From NCBI GenBank assembly GCA_964016885.1, contig OZ024743.1:147684001-147748000 (forward strand): a stretch of 64,000 nt of DNA, written 5' to 3'. Numbering within the stretch: position 1 is the stretch's first letter; each line of letters starts with the position of its first letter. The notes below the pieces were generated by a model, which was given only the letters and a program-made list of their open reading frames with translations, searched no databases and was not told the DNA's origin. A program made the position numbers and the translations under genes. Below, in pieces: positions 13,228-26,567 of the stretch. Source of the stretch: Eledone cirrhosa (Eukaryota).

Positions 13228-14206
13228 TTATCGCTTTAATCGTTAAGTAAACCCACCGAAATCATTTCAATTACATTATTTATCGTGTATTCAGGTATAC
13301 CTTATTTGGCCTCATGTAGATATAGAAATTTTGAATTCTAAATTGTAAATATTTTTGAAAATCCATTCATGGCATTTAATTCACTAACATTTATCGGCCC
13401 TAATACATAATAAATTGTAGAAATAAAACGTTAAAACCAATTAAAACAATGAAACTTTAATGTGTTGTTTCCGACATGTATAAAGTTTTATAAGAAGTTT
13501 TAGTATATTTATGATTTAAAGGCCTTTTGAGGCAATGAAGTTTAACTGAGTTTGATCATGTTCATTTTTAGACATAAATCATTTATGCAGACAGAAATAG
13601 ATTTCGTCGCAGCATTTACTTGAGAGTAATTGAAACATTTCAATATACAAATGTTGCTAAATGTCCATTTATCCTTGGACTCTAATCTATCAGACCCCAT
13701 GTCATCAATTATTTATTTTTCGTGTTAAAAAATACAAGGAAAATATTAACCTCATTGAAGATATATGGTGTTAACTAAGGTTAAGAAAATACATTCTTCA
13801 AGCGAGAAATTCGGTTTCGAAAATTTAATATTAGTGACATATTATTTTGTATTAGTGTAATCGATACAGGATGTTTTGAAGGCTCTGTACACAATGAGGA
13901 GTTTGCCTTTATCAACAATGACCTAACACCGGGGAGACTAGCGTCAACGGAGTTGTGTATGTCTTCACCATTCAGACCAATCAGTGACTTGCTCTAATGC
14001 TATGTTAAGATTATCTGATTACATAACTGAAACGTTCAACAGAGAGAACTTCCTTACCGATTAATTATCAACAATCATAGCTCAACCAAGCAGAGAAAAG
14101 ACATAACGTGCACTTTCATAGGCTAGTATCCACCAATGGTGTAGATCCGTTTTACAAATGCATATATAATCTTCCCGTAATTGCACAGGCTCACTATATA
14201 CTCACG

Positions 14207-14323
<117 letters not shown>

Positions 14324-14399
14324 CTTTGCATGTACATATATATATATATATGACTGACAAAATAATGCCAACAGAGTTAACATTTTGGTGGAACTTTGA

Positions 14400-15482
14400 G
14401 AAATACTTAGAAAATCCTGAAGACGCAGTGAGTCTAGCCTGATAAAATCTCATATTGAGGCTGGTGACTTTTGCCTTGGCCATGTTGAATGTATATAATA
14501 TGGAAGCGGTACGGATGGGAAAAAATGAAGTAGAATTCAGACTTTCAAAGGATTTTACCAGAAGTCATATCTTTCAATTTTACTTTCATTCTATAATTTC
14601 AAAAACTTGTAAAATATTTAGATGGCTAACATATACATTGTTAGACAACTTTAAATATCGATACGACTCGTAACATTTTAGGCAAAACTTTAGACAATTT
14701 AATGTGTATTTATGAAAACAATAATGATATTACACCCACACCACACAAAGATGTAAGCAGACATTAGAGAAACGTCTTCTTTTCGTCAAAATGTACAAGT
14801 CTAAAGTTTGCCACTTATCCAGTGTCCTTTTACAGATGCTTCCTGAATTTAGAAACAGTAGTTATATTCCATGGCTCTAGGTATATCTAATATCCACATT
14901 AGTTTCCCAGAGGTTTCTGTTAATAGAAAATAATTTCTGATCAGATTTCAGTGCTATTTAGATGCTGATAAGTAAAGATGAAATGTCCTCTCCAGGGTAC
15001 AAATCTACTTCGGAATGATATGTTGAACCAGCTGTTGCTCATGTAATAGATAATACTTCTTCTCAGCACTAATGTAATGTCAGTATATAACAAACTCGGA
15101 TATATAATAATAACAATGGCGCTTCTGTAAACAGAATAGGATTTTCTTAAGGAGTCCGAAAGTGGAATTTAGAAATGTACAAATTTGAAATTTATGCATT
15201 AATGACTTAGAGGTTTTTATGACAATAAAGGTTTTCCGTATTTATAAATAGCTCATCGTTATGATATAGACTGGGACCAACAAACGATATATTACCTCTT
15301 ACGTTGAAGAATATGCTTTTATAATCAAAGAGCAGGAAATAACGAAATAGCTGATGTACAAAAGAGAAAGAGGTGCTGGCAAAATACAAGGATGTAACAA
15401 AAAATGCAGGCTCCATGGAATAAATCTCAAAAATGTCACCCACATTGGGCAGTTGTCCAAAGATGTGGTCACAAGTCTATCT
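14400..15482 (+). mobile_element. Degenerate RLE-type LINE (R4/Dong/NeSL-like), part upstream of the Tx1 insertion
   Basis: KKCRLH..NVTHI..SCPKMWSQVYL zinc-knuckle remnant at 15400-15482; the 5' limit is uncertain. Confidence 0.5.
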
Positions 15483-18367
15483 CAGTGAACGGATAAGTAG
15501 ATTAGTTAAGCAAGAGTTGACGGGAGCCATCGTCAACAATAGATGGTGCTACTCTCTCCCAAGGGAACAATTAGAGTAGAATCGATAGGGTTTAGCAGAG
15601 AATTAGCTTTAGAGAAACAGAACTAGTAGCCAAGGTAGAAGAGGAGCTTATGAGTGGCAACGCAGCTAGAGTGCTAGCATCGAGAACGGCACTGGACCAG
15701 TTCTTCGACACGAAATACGAAGACTGCGTGGTCAGAAGTAAATCACGTGCTCTAGGACACAAGGGAGCAAAAGCTGTTAGCTGGGAGCAAGTGGCAGAAG
15801 CGAAAGGTTGCAACAAGTCCACGATTCGGCCTTTGAAAGACCAAAACGGACGCGTGCTACTTGACCCCAGGCAGATGTGCGCGGCCTTTCAGCGGCACTT
15901 TGCGCGACTTTTTGAGCAGAACGACGGTGCACCGAACGGGGCAATGGACTTTGGTTCATACCTCGGCGGCCTGCCGCGTCCCTCGAACATGAACACCGAG
16001 TTCTGCGAAAGACCGATCACAGCCACTGAGATACGGGACGCTCTGGGCCGCTGCAGGAAACGCAAATCACCCGGTCTAGATGGTTTACCCTATGCGTTTT
16101 ACATAGGCATGCTGGACTTGTTCTCTGGCGTCCTCTAAGCTGTCTACTGCAATTGGCAGCAGAACAGGGCAATTCCCAGTTCTGCAGGCAAGAGCGTAGT
16201 AACGCTGATCAGGAAAGACGAGAAGAAGGGGACGAAATAAACAATTTCAGGCCCATAACTCTGCTCAACACAGAGTTAAAGATTTTGGCCAAGGTGCTAG
16301 CAACGAGGCTAGCGCTTGTCGTCGAAAACCTGGTAGGGAAAGCGCAAACGTGTGAAATACCGACCAGGTCCATACACGACAACCTCCACCTCATGCGATA
16401 CATCATAGAGAGGGTGGCGTGTAAACCCAGATTCGGTGGGACTCTGCTCAATTTAGATAACTCTAAGGCATTCGAGAAGGTCGACCATCGAGACTTGGAA
16501 GCAGTTTGAAGGCGGCCGGTTTCGGTCCCGTTTTCAGAGGCTGGATCAAGGCGATGCACATCAGAATCTGCTCGAAGATCAAGGTGAGCGGCTACCTATC
16601 GGAGCCGTTCGCAATCACACGTTCCATTCGACAGGGATACCTTCTCTCCTCCATTCTGAACGTATTGACTCTAGAGCCACTACTGCGGAAGTTGGAGCTT
16701 TTGCAGGGCATCCCTTTAGAACCGAAACTGCGAAAAGCGGCGTCGGCTTATGCCGACGACGTTACTCTAATGGTGTCGAAAACCTCAGAAATCGAGGTAA
16801 TCGGCAACCTACTACAGGGATACGAAAGTTTCACAGGAGCAAAATTGAAAGCGGACAAGTCTGTCTGTTTGCAGCTCGGAACGTGGAGGGGCAAAGCGAT
16901 ACTGCCCGACAGCGTCGTTGGGCGCTGGACGGAAGGACCAGTGAAATTACTCGGGGTCTGGTTCGGTCCAGACCTTCAGGTGGAGAAAAACTAGAACGCG
17001 GTCATGGCCAAGGTATTTGCGCTCACCTAGAAGTGGGCAAAGTACAAACTATCTTTGAAAGGTCGAACGGAGGTGGCGAACACTTTCATAGTGTCTGTCA
17101 TCTACTACCGCTTGATTGTCGTGCCTTGTCCTCGTGAATACCTCACCAGGATGGAACGCATGCTCTTCTAGTTCCTGTGGAAGAAGCAGGCTCCACTGGT
17201 GAAGAGATCCGTCTGCTGTCAACACCTTTCCAACAGAGGTCTGGGCATGCCGTGGCTAATGATGTGCAAACATGCACTGAGGCTACGGCATCTCCAGGTA
17301 TTCCTCACCGACCAACCGGTGTGGGAACCGTTTGTGAGACAGGTCTTCCCACAACTTGTCTCGCTGACGGAGCTGCAGTCCTGGGTCAAGCGAAGACTGA
17401 GAAAGATGGGCGCCTGGCACATTGAATACGCACAGGCGCTCACAGTCCTCTGTGAAGCTGGTACAGCAATCAGTGGAGACTTCACTTCGACATTCTATAG
17501 TGGGTTAGTACTTTACAAGTGCGACGACGTGCTCGGAGAGACTCTGGGCGTCGAAGTCGACGAGCTCACCAGTCTGTTCGGTAGGACTTTCCGCCAGGGA
17601 CCTATGAACAACTTCCAGACGTCCCTGGCCTGACAGTGCTACCGAGTAGCTTTACCCGTTCAAGATAAGATCTACAGGCACGGACGCCCCGGCAAGGATC
17701 CTTCCAAGAGGACGTATCCAAGATGCGAGCAGGACATTGAAACCGTCTTGCACGCAATTGTACACTGCCTGGGCTTAAGCGACCTGTAGAACTATGCAGA
17801 ACAACTGCTGTCGCGTATAGGAAAAATCCAGTTGACTGCCGATCCCATAGTAAAGATCAAACCGCCAGCCTCTTTCAAAAACGAAAAAGAGGCGGTTTTC
17901 CTCTGTACAGTGGCTATGGTGAAAGAGGTTATATGGTGATCGAGATTGAGAGGACTGAGGACTGATGCCTCTCTCTCCTGACAACAATTGATTCCCTTCT
18001 TTAAGTATCACTTTAGAAGGAAAATCAGAGTGGAGAGAGAGGCACTGCACCCCAGTAAATTTACTGAAAGGTGGGTGAATGAAGCGAAAATGGCCCGAGT
18101 GATTGGGCCTTCTCTGTTTATAAGCCTGTAGGTTAAAGAAGAGAGCAAAAGGAAGAAAGGAGCACTTGCACAACACGCTCCTGAAGTTGAGGGTTGTTCT
18201 ATCGACGGGGTATTAAACAACTCATTTGTGGCGCTCCCCCCTATTGGGGATTTCGATTGTTATAATTGTTTGTTTCAATATTTTTACACGACTGTATGTA
18301 AAACCCCCGGCATGTGTCTTTGTATTGTCCCTTTTTCTTGTGCGCCCTTGTGGAAAATAAAGAAATA
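15483..18367 (+). mobile_element. Tx1/L1-clade LINE, 5'-truncated, disrupted ORF2
   Basis: SPGLDGLP, NFRPITLLNTELKILAKVLA, KAFEKVDH, SIRQG, SAYADDVT, C-terminal PRC..ETVLHAIVHC; 3' UTR ends gtggaaaataaagaaa. Confidence 0.9.
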
Positions 18368-18860
18368 TATCTGAGACATGCTGTAGTGGCCAAAACACAA
18401 CACAATGCAATCTGTAGAAACGATAGATATGATAATACAAATATAAAATATTATAGATATATGAAGGGCATATGTTATTGGGAATGTTCCAGTCAAAATC
18501 ACAATAAAATGCAAACATAACAACCAAGAAATAGTGCTATAGGACGAGGAAAAGAAGGCATGCTGAGTTGTGGAAATCAGATGCCCTGCAGATATTAATA
18601 TAATGCTTGAGATTATCGAAGAGGAGAACATTTCTGTTGAACTAAGAAGGATTCTGCAGATACTCCATCCTGATTATACCTTTAGATTTGTTCCTTGTAT
18701 CATTGTGGCACTTAGATATGTTACTAACTGCCTCAGAACAAAACTTGAAAGGCTAGGCTTCATAGAGCCAGGCAGAGTACGGCTACTAAGGAAGTTACAA
18801 GTACAGTCCATCAATGTTACTGTGAAAATATATAAAACATTTAAAGAATTATGCATGTAA
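18368..18860 (+). mobile_element. RLE-type LINE 3' part (restriction-like endonuclease remnant)
   Basis: YLRHAVVAK, NVPVKITIKCKHN..IVL..KKAC.VVEIRCPAD, FVPCIIVAL. Confidence 0.7.
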
Positions 18861-19109
18861 TAACTGCATATGTACATTCGTAAAGATACAGAAACTTATG
18901 CTCAGATAAACCTATAATTCAAACCTCAGTTCCACACATGCCCTAAAATCCATACCTGCACATACACACAGACATACATACACATATACACATATATGCA
19001 TATAGATGATACCATAGAAAAGTATATTTTGTCATACTGTGCCCAATCTCATAATAACATACATGATGGATGAAAACTCTGCTTGCGGCCATAATGTATG
19101 TTATTATGT

Positions 19110-19400
19110 CGGGTTTTGTATTTCATGCCGCAGGGTTTTGTATTTCATGCGTCCAAATATCACTCTCCCCATCAAGCAAGCTTGGTGGGGTTGCCGGTTG
19201 AGTCGCCGACGTCCCGATCATGAGACAAGTTGTACTGGGTTACATGTTACCAGTAGCAATTGAGAGCGACCCTACATACATACGATCATACATACATATT
19301 TACATACATGCATACATACATACATACATACATACATACATACATACATACATACATACATACATACATACATACGTACGTACATACATACATACATACA
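19110..19400 (+). repeat. Retroposon 3' end with long (TACA)n tail
   Basis: Homologous to 5745-5885. Confidence 0.5.
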
Positions 19401-20092
19401 TGATGGCTGCCCCCTCGTTATCGAGTATGGCCATTGCACGAGGGGAAAGAAAAAAAAAATAATAATAAATAAATAAAAAGAAAATAAAAAAAAAGAAATA
19501 TACACATATACATATACACACACACACACACACACTCACACACACATATACACATACATTCATACAAACATACATACATACACAGCTACACGTGTATATA
19601 TGTGTGTGTGCGCGAGTGAGTGTCTGCTTATATATCCGTGTGTGTTTGCGTGCATTGGCTTATAACTAATAGAAATACCGAAAGGGGTTTTAGTTTAATA
19701 TAACGCCATGTTACGCCTTCAAATAAACCATAACGCTCAAAACATATATATGACATATGTGTATGAAACTAACCAACAAATAAGTTTCCTAAACAGTGGT
19801 ACCGTATAAAAGTTATGGTATGAATTGTTACTCATATATGATAATCAGCTGTATACACGTAAGGTACAAGCATCATCAAGTATTCCTGCGGTTTTCTGAG
19901 AAAATGAAATGTAAACAAACGCAAAGAATATGTATTAAATTTGAATTACATGTAAGCTGCAATCCCAACCATTGTTATGGTCTCTGCCTGTTTCATTAGG
20001 CCTCACGCTTGTACTTGCGCATTTTCTTTTCTAAGCATTACCATATAACTACGTTCTACTCTCTCACACGATCTTATTTCCTCACTCTCTCG

Positions 20093-20158
<66 letters not shown>

Positions 20159-20277
20159 ATGTGTGTGTGTGTCTGTGCGTGCGCGCGTGTGTGTGTGTGT
20201 GTGGCTATTAGTATATCTATATATACGCACATATATGTGTGTATATATAAATGTATATAATATGTATATATATACGT

Positions 20278-20363
<86 letters not shown>

Positions 20364-20468
20364 TCTACTTTTGGCACAAGGCCAGCGATTGCCCCAGTGC
20401 ACCACTGGTACTTTATATATATATATATATGCATATTATATACGTAATGTATACACACATATATGTGC

Positions 20469-20518
<50 letters not shown>

Positions 20519-20635
20519 ATACTTTAATCTTATACTTAAACTTTAATCTGTTATTTTAATTAATATATATATATATATATATTAATTAAAATAACAGATA
20601 TATATATAACAGATATATGTATATATATATATATA

Positions 20636-21955
20636 TATTGTTATACTTGGGGAGGGTCATATTTGTGTAATATTGCCAGAATTAATAACAGAACACACTC
20701 ACTGTTTGGTTGGTTTTCGCTTCTCGCTGTCTTTTATATCTGCGATCTAACTTACTCGGTCCTCAATGTTGCCATTGACTGACCGACGGTCAAAAATAAT
20801 ACAGATACAATATAGACACAAACACATATATATAGTTTACATAATTTACATAAATCTTTCGTTGCACATCTGCAACATCGTCAGTGGTGTTATATTTTTT
20901 CCTCCTGTTGTGTTGTATGTCTACGCCATTTTTTTATTCAGTCTGTCTATATATTTATTTATTTATTTGCTTGTTTGTTTATTTTATCTTATTTTGTCTT
21001 CTTTGCGCATGCGTTTGCATGTGTGTATAGTGTTATGTGTGCTGTGTGACTAGTGTGTATAGTGTTGTGTCTGCTGGGTGACTAGTGTGTGTTTATGTGC
21101 TTGTTGTTATTGTGCTTGTGTATGTATTTATTTATTTTATTTTATTTTATTTTATTTATTTACTTATTTATACTTCTCTTAGGTCAGTGTTGTTTGTTTG
21201 GGTGTTGTTGTTGTTCCACTCATTCTTTCTGTTTAGCTTTGGTCTTCTAATTTCTATTTCACTGGCCTCTCTGATTTGCCTATCTGTATATATATATACA
21301 AATTAAGTAGAGGTTCTATCGCAAGCTCGGGGGGTTCGGGCAGTCATATATTTAAAAGATAACAGAAGGGCGGATTCGGAATATTCTTTCAGTGTTTCAA
21401 AACTCATAATACGTATTTCTATCTTCTGGTTACACCATTCGGTCATGAAGTAAGACGTTCGTAACGTAAACAGGTATAAATTTCAATGATTAGGTAATCG
21501 ATAACGAGATTACATCAAAAATAAACAGAGAATCAAATTCATTTGGAGACGCCCCGCTGTTAGGTCTTACTATTGTGATGAACTGCCTCCAAATTGCATA
21601 CACTCAGAAAAGCTAAGCATTGTATGTTGATAGGCGCGATCAAGGAGGGTGGCGGTTGCTTGGTGGCTACAGAAATTCTGCTGTCTTCAGAAAATGCCAT
21701 GCCATTAATCGGAACCAACAATCTGCCGTTCAGACAAGTTAGTGGTACTAAACATAGTGTGGCAGCTGACTCTGGCCGAAAACAGGCGAAGGAGCACGCT
21801 GAAAAATTGTTTTTGTAACAAAAGCAGTAACTGAAGAGGTCGCAGAATGTGTGACGCAAGAACTTTGGCAATCAAAGCTAAACAGCTACTATCTTATTAA
21901 ACTAACCAACGGGAAATTATAATAATAAATTGAAGTGAGACTCAACTGGTACCTA
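20636..21955. mobile_element. PLE-like fragment: pLTR with degenerate HHR at the right end, inverted pLTR tail at the left end
   Basis: 21827-21955 matches 30423-30575 and 31577-31660; 20636-20665 is the reverse complement of 'atgaccctcccaaagcataacaata'. Confidence 0.5.
21827..21869 (+). ncRNA. Degenerate hammerhead-like motif
   Basis: gtaa-CTGAAGA-g-gtcgca gaatg tgtgac-GCAA-gaac-TT-tggc (A13 mutated). Confidence 0.45.
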
Positions 21956-22275
21956 AGATTTATTGGCATCATGACCCTCCAAAAGTAAAACAATAACTGT
22001 TTCAATAGACGTTTTCATATCAATAATTTTGCAAATCAAATACAGAAACGAATACCCCCCCCCCCCCCACACACACACACATAAACACACACACACACAC
22101 ACAACGCACACACAGGCACATACATATATATATATATAATGCGTTGAAATGTCAGTGACCTCCAGCAGACAACTGAAGAAGGGTCTCACCCTTGTTTGTT
22201 TCCTTTTATTTCTAAATATACTTTATCAAGTAACAACACAGTTCTTTGTTTCTTATATATCTATATCTATATATA

Positions 22276-23505
22276 TCATCATCATCATCAAGTCGAGCTT
22301 GCTCGGCTTTCTACGACACGTTTCCTCCATTCATCTCTGTCTCTCATAACGTTTACCAGTTCTTCCACAGTGCATCCAGTATCGTTCTCAAGCTGCTTGA
22401 CCAGCGTTTCTTGCTCCATGAGATGGACTCCATAACAATACATCACCTGCTATTTCTTCCTTGCTGCGCCAACAGTGGCCAGCAAATCTGAGTCTCTGTC
22501 CACGTATTGACCTGCTGATAGGTGGTATATTGCCATAGAGATCCTTATTTGTTGGGTGTTCCCTCCAAGATACGTTTAAAACAGCACGGAGCATACGTGT
22601 GTATGCCCCGTCTAGCTTTTTCCCTAGTTTCGACGTTAGCGTCCAAGTGATAGAGCCATAAACAAGCACAGATTCCACAGCAGCTCTGAAGAAATTCCTT
22701 TTCAGTTTGGCCGGCAGGTTTGATTTCCATATCTTTTCCATTGCATTCAATGTTCCCCAGGCTTTTCCCAGTCTGATGTTAACATAATGTTCTGTGGAGG
22801 CGATATAGCTACCCAGGTATTTGAAGTCGTCAACTTGCTTGATTATATCGCCGTTTAGACTTCGCATACCAACTGAGGAGTCTTGGTTCAGGCAAATATA
22901 TTCTGTTTTGCCTGCGTTGACATAGAGTCCGGTTTCCTTTGCAACTGATTCGATGCTGTGAAGTAGTGATGTTGCATCCTTAAGGTAGTCAGCGAGGACC
23001 GCTAAATCATCCGCATAGTCAGCATCGGTGATTTTCTGAGCTGCATGGCGTCTACACTTTCGCTTTGTGAGGGTGACCCCAAGCTCTAAGTTTTCGTCCA
23101 GGGCTTTTCTCAATACATAGTCGAGGCAGATGATAAAAATATATGGTGCAAAAGTATCCCCTTGGAGTACTCCTGCAATGATGTCAAAGAAGTTGGTATC
23201 TCCATCAGGTGAGCGCACAATTGCACGGGTGTTTTTATATAACGTCATGATGGCATTTACTGTTTCCTTTGGTAAGCCGTAGGCTAGAAGTATCTCTCTC
23301 ATCCTCCCACGATGGATGGAATCGAATGCTTTTGAAAAGTCAATAAACAGGAGAGTTGCTGGGAGATTTTGGGCTTTTACGCCTTCCAAGATACGCCAAA
23401 TAGTAAGTATTTGCCCTGATGTTGATCTGTTGGTGCGAAAGCCATTTTAGTTTTTTCTCAGCAAGGGGTCGATGACAGGTCTTATTCTGTCAAGCAACAT
23501 GAGTG
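22276..23505 (-). mobile_element. RTE-clade LINE, 5'-truncated, (TGA)n tail
   Basis: ORF 22388..23389: LLFIDFSKAFDSIHR, GVLQGDT.AP, DYADDLA, FKYLGS, LRFAGH. Confidence 0.9.
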
Positions 23506-23612
23506 TTATGCCATATATATATACGGAAATATATATATATATTGATATGAAAACGTCTATATATATATATACGGAAAGAGAAACTGTACGAGAGAACAGA
23601 ATAATGGAGATG

Positions 23613-23650
<38 letters not shown>

Positions 23651-23652
<2 letters not shown>

Positions 23653-23839
23653 AACAAGTAAGACCCCGACGGCTGAGCTCAAGCCGTTTCGACGGCTAAT
23701 TCTGTACAGAATTTGCTGTCGAAACGGCTTGAGCTCAGCCGTCGGGGTCTTACTTGTTCCTATTACCCACTGTACTACCCTAAGTATTAAGTACTTTGGT
23801 GCGTCATGGTCCACCTGGTTCCTTACCACATTTCCTTCG

Positions 23840-23842
<3 letters not shown>
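23651..23842 (+). mobile_element. Fold-back half-HHR element, copy 4
   Basis: Hairpin centred near 23705; TA-flanked. Confidence 0.8.
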
Positions 23843-23875
<33 letters not shown>

Positions 23876-24204
23876 AAAGAGATATAGATATATAGATAGA
23901 TATATCGCTAGGATTGTAGCTATCATTCATTTATTTTTCTATCTCTCACGTCAACTCTTTCTCCACTTTGTCTATTATTTAAACTCTCAATTTACTGGTC
24001 TACTGCACGCATTCCTAACAATAATTACGCATACAAACACGTGCTCCTCATTTTGTTGTCTTAATGCCACCTACCTAAATATAAGGTAACCTAAACCTGT
24101 CTTTTCAAGTTCTGCCTTTTAAACAACTTTACTAACTTCTAAGATCTATTACTCTCGGATACTCACCCATAATCCAATAGTTCTAGAAAAAGACATAAAT
24201 ATAA

Positions 24205-24393
24205 TTGTTTCTACTTATGGCACAAGGCCAGCAATTAACCAGTACATTACTGGTACTTTATTTTATCGACCCCCGTAAGGATGAAAGGCAAAGTTAACCT
24301 TGGCAGGATTTGAACTCAGTCCATAAAGGGCCATAACTCTTTGCTGCAAAGCATGGCGTCCGACACTGTACTGATACTGCCTATCCACCGCTA
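24205..24393 (-). mobile_element. SINE family A
   Basis: Full-length reverse copy with TSD-like aaaagacataaatata on both sides. Confidence 0.85.
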
Positions 24394-24701
24394 AAAAAGA
24401 CATAAATATAATAATATGTTATACTTTGAAATGTAAATTATGTTACGATTGGAAATAGTACTTATTTCGGAGAAAAGGTGAGAAATGTAGGAGAGAAGAG
24501 TTTCGAAGTAAAAGTGATAGTTGGTTTGATAACATTTAATTCTGTAGTGAGAGCGAGTTCATGTGTGTACCATACACATACAGGCATACACAGACACACA
24601 CATACACAGACACACACACAAACACACAGACACATACACACACAAACACACAAACACACATACATTTATATATATATATATATATATATAAAGAGAGAGA
24701 G

Positions 24702-24753
<52 letters not shown>

Positions 24754-24864
24754 GTGTGTGTGTATTATGTACGCGTGCGTGTGTATTCTACCATAATACT
24801 CCTCGAAATTGATATACAGATACATACAAAAATGAGTTGTACTTGTAATTGAAAAGCCACCCAC

Positions 24865-25065
24865 CTCCTCCTCCTCACCCCTATCGTCCTCCTCCTCCTT
24901 TTTCTTCTTCTCCTCCTCCTCCTCCTCCTCCTTCCTCTTCTTCTTCTTCTTCTTCTTCTTCTTCGTTGCCCACTTATTTCTGGAAGGTTTGTAGGAGCAA
25001 CGACATGAAGCACGCCCTCCAGCGGGTGTTGCCATAGGCAACTGTTTGCTATTGATCCGGCTGTA
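24865..25065 (-). mobile_element. RTE 3'-end fragment with (GAA/GAG)n tail
   Basis: 'ccagcgggt...tgatccggctg' is shared with 39250-39297. Confidence 0.55.
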
Positions 25066-25382
25066 TTTCATTTTACATTCATTTAAATCAATTACAATAA
25101 TTTTCTTCCATATTTTCTTTAATTGTTATATCAAACAGAAATGCACGGAGTTACAAGATATCTATCTAGGAGAAAATATCTATCTAGATATCTATCTACA
25201 TATCATCCTCTATCATACTGATTTTTGCAATTTGTGCTCAATGTTGCTCTTCTTGTCCAAAATTAGACACATTGGGAAATAGAAAAATATTTATAGAAAA
25301 ATATAGATTGAACTATAGAATAGTTGTAACAAAGTTTACGTAAATGAGTATGAAAATTAACACATTGTTAATATATTATAAC

Positions 25383-25600
25383 GGTTTCTTATATAGGCAC
25401 AAGGCCAGCAATTTTGAGGGAGGGGAACGTCGACTAAATCCACCCCAGTGTATTACTGGTACTTTATTTTATCGACCCCGTAAGGATGAAAGGCAAAGTT
25501 GAGCTCGGTGGGATTTGAATTCAGAACGTAAAGAGCCATAACTCTATGCTGCAAAGCAAGACGTCCGACCCTCTACCGATACTCCCAAGCCGTCGCCTTA
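25383..25600 (-). mobile_element. SINE family A
   Basis: Full reverse copy; TSD cacattgttaatatat. Confidence 0.85.
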
Positions 25601-26062
25601 CACATTGTTAATATATAGACATACTAAATATACGTATTCCTCTGTAAATTGGAAAAATTGATAAACATCTTTAACCAGTTCTATTGTGTATACATACATA
25701 TACTATGATACCCTACAGTTCGGCTACTTCGTGCACACCTCAATATATACTCGTATGAGGTATTTGCCTCCATGATCACACGCATATAAGTAGGGTATTT
25801 CAGGACACTACTTTAAATCATGATATATAGAATAATTGATTACGTATTTTCTTGTGGTTGTTTAGATGATGTACATGTTTTATTAGGAAAGCTAAACGGC
25901 TTGAAAACCGATTGATTGTGTTTATCATTTTTATTCAACTTACAAGGAAATACGTATATTTGGCATGTTTACATAGCTATATGTAAAACTGCCTAAATTT
26001 ACATACACATTTTGTGTGTGTGTGTTCGTGCATGTTTGTATGTATGGAATTGTGTATGAAGC

Positions 26063-26133
<71 letters not shown>

Positions 26134-26498
26134 GAGAGAGAAAGAAAGAGAGAGATATTGAAGTTTGCTTGAAGCATTGTGGAATAATAAGATATATTTT
26201 CTTTAGGTCGTTTTGGAAGCCTCAACAATGCAGATGGGTAATTCTCCGGGTAACAAGATCCGGTGGTGAAGAGAGAGATATAAGTGAATGTAAAATGAGA
26301 TGTATAGTGTGTAGAAGAACGTGGGAAAGAGCGTAAAAAAATAAAAATAATAACACGAGATAGAGTTACCTTGGGAGAGATTTAAATGTCCCTATATATT
26401 TCGGATTCACATCCAACAACTGGGGGTTTTTTCCGGGAGGGGAAAGGTTATCCGTCCGAAAGGTGCGAAACGTGTCCTTCGCTGTTCGTTGTTATGAA

Positions 26499-26565
<67 letters not shown>

Positions 26566-26567
<2 letters not shown>

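Noticed and set aside
20545-20599. Short palindrome centred on a TA tract
   Set aside because: Too short and AT-rich; explainable by local fold-back replication.
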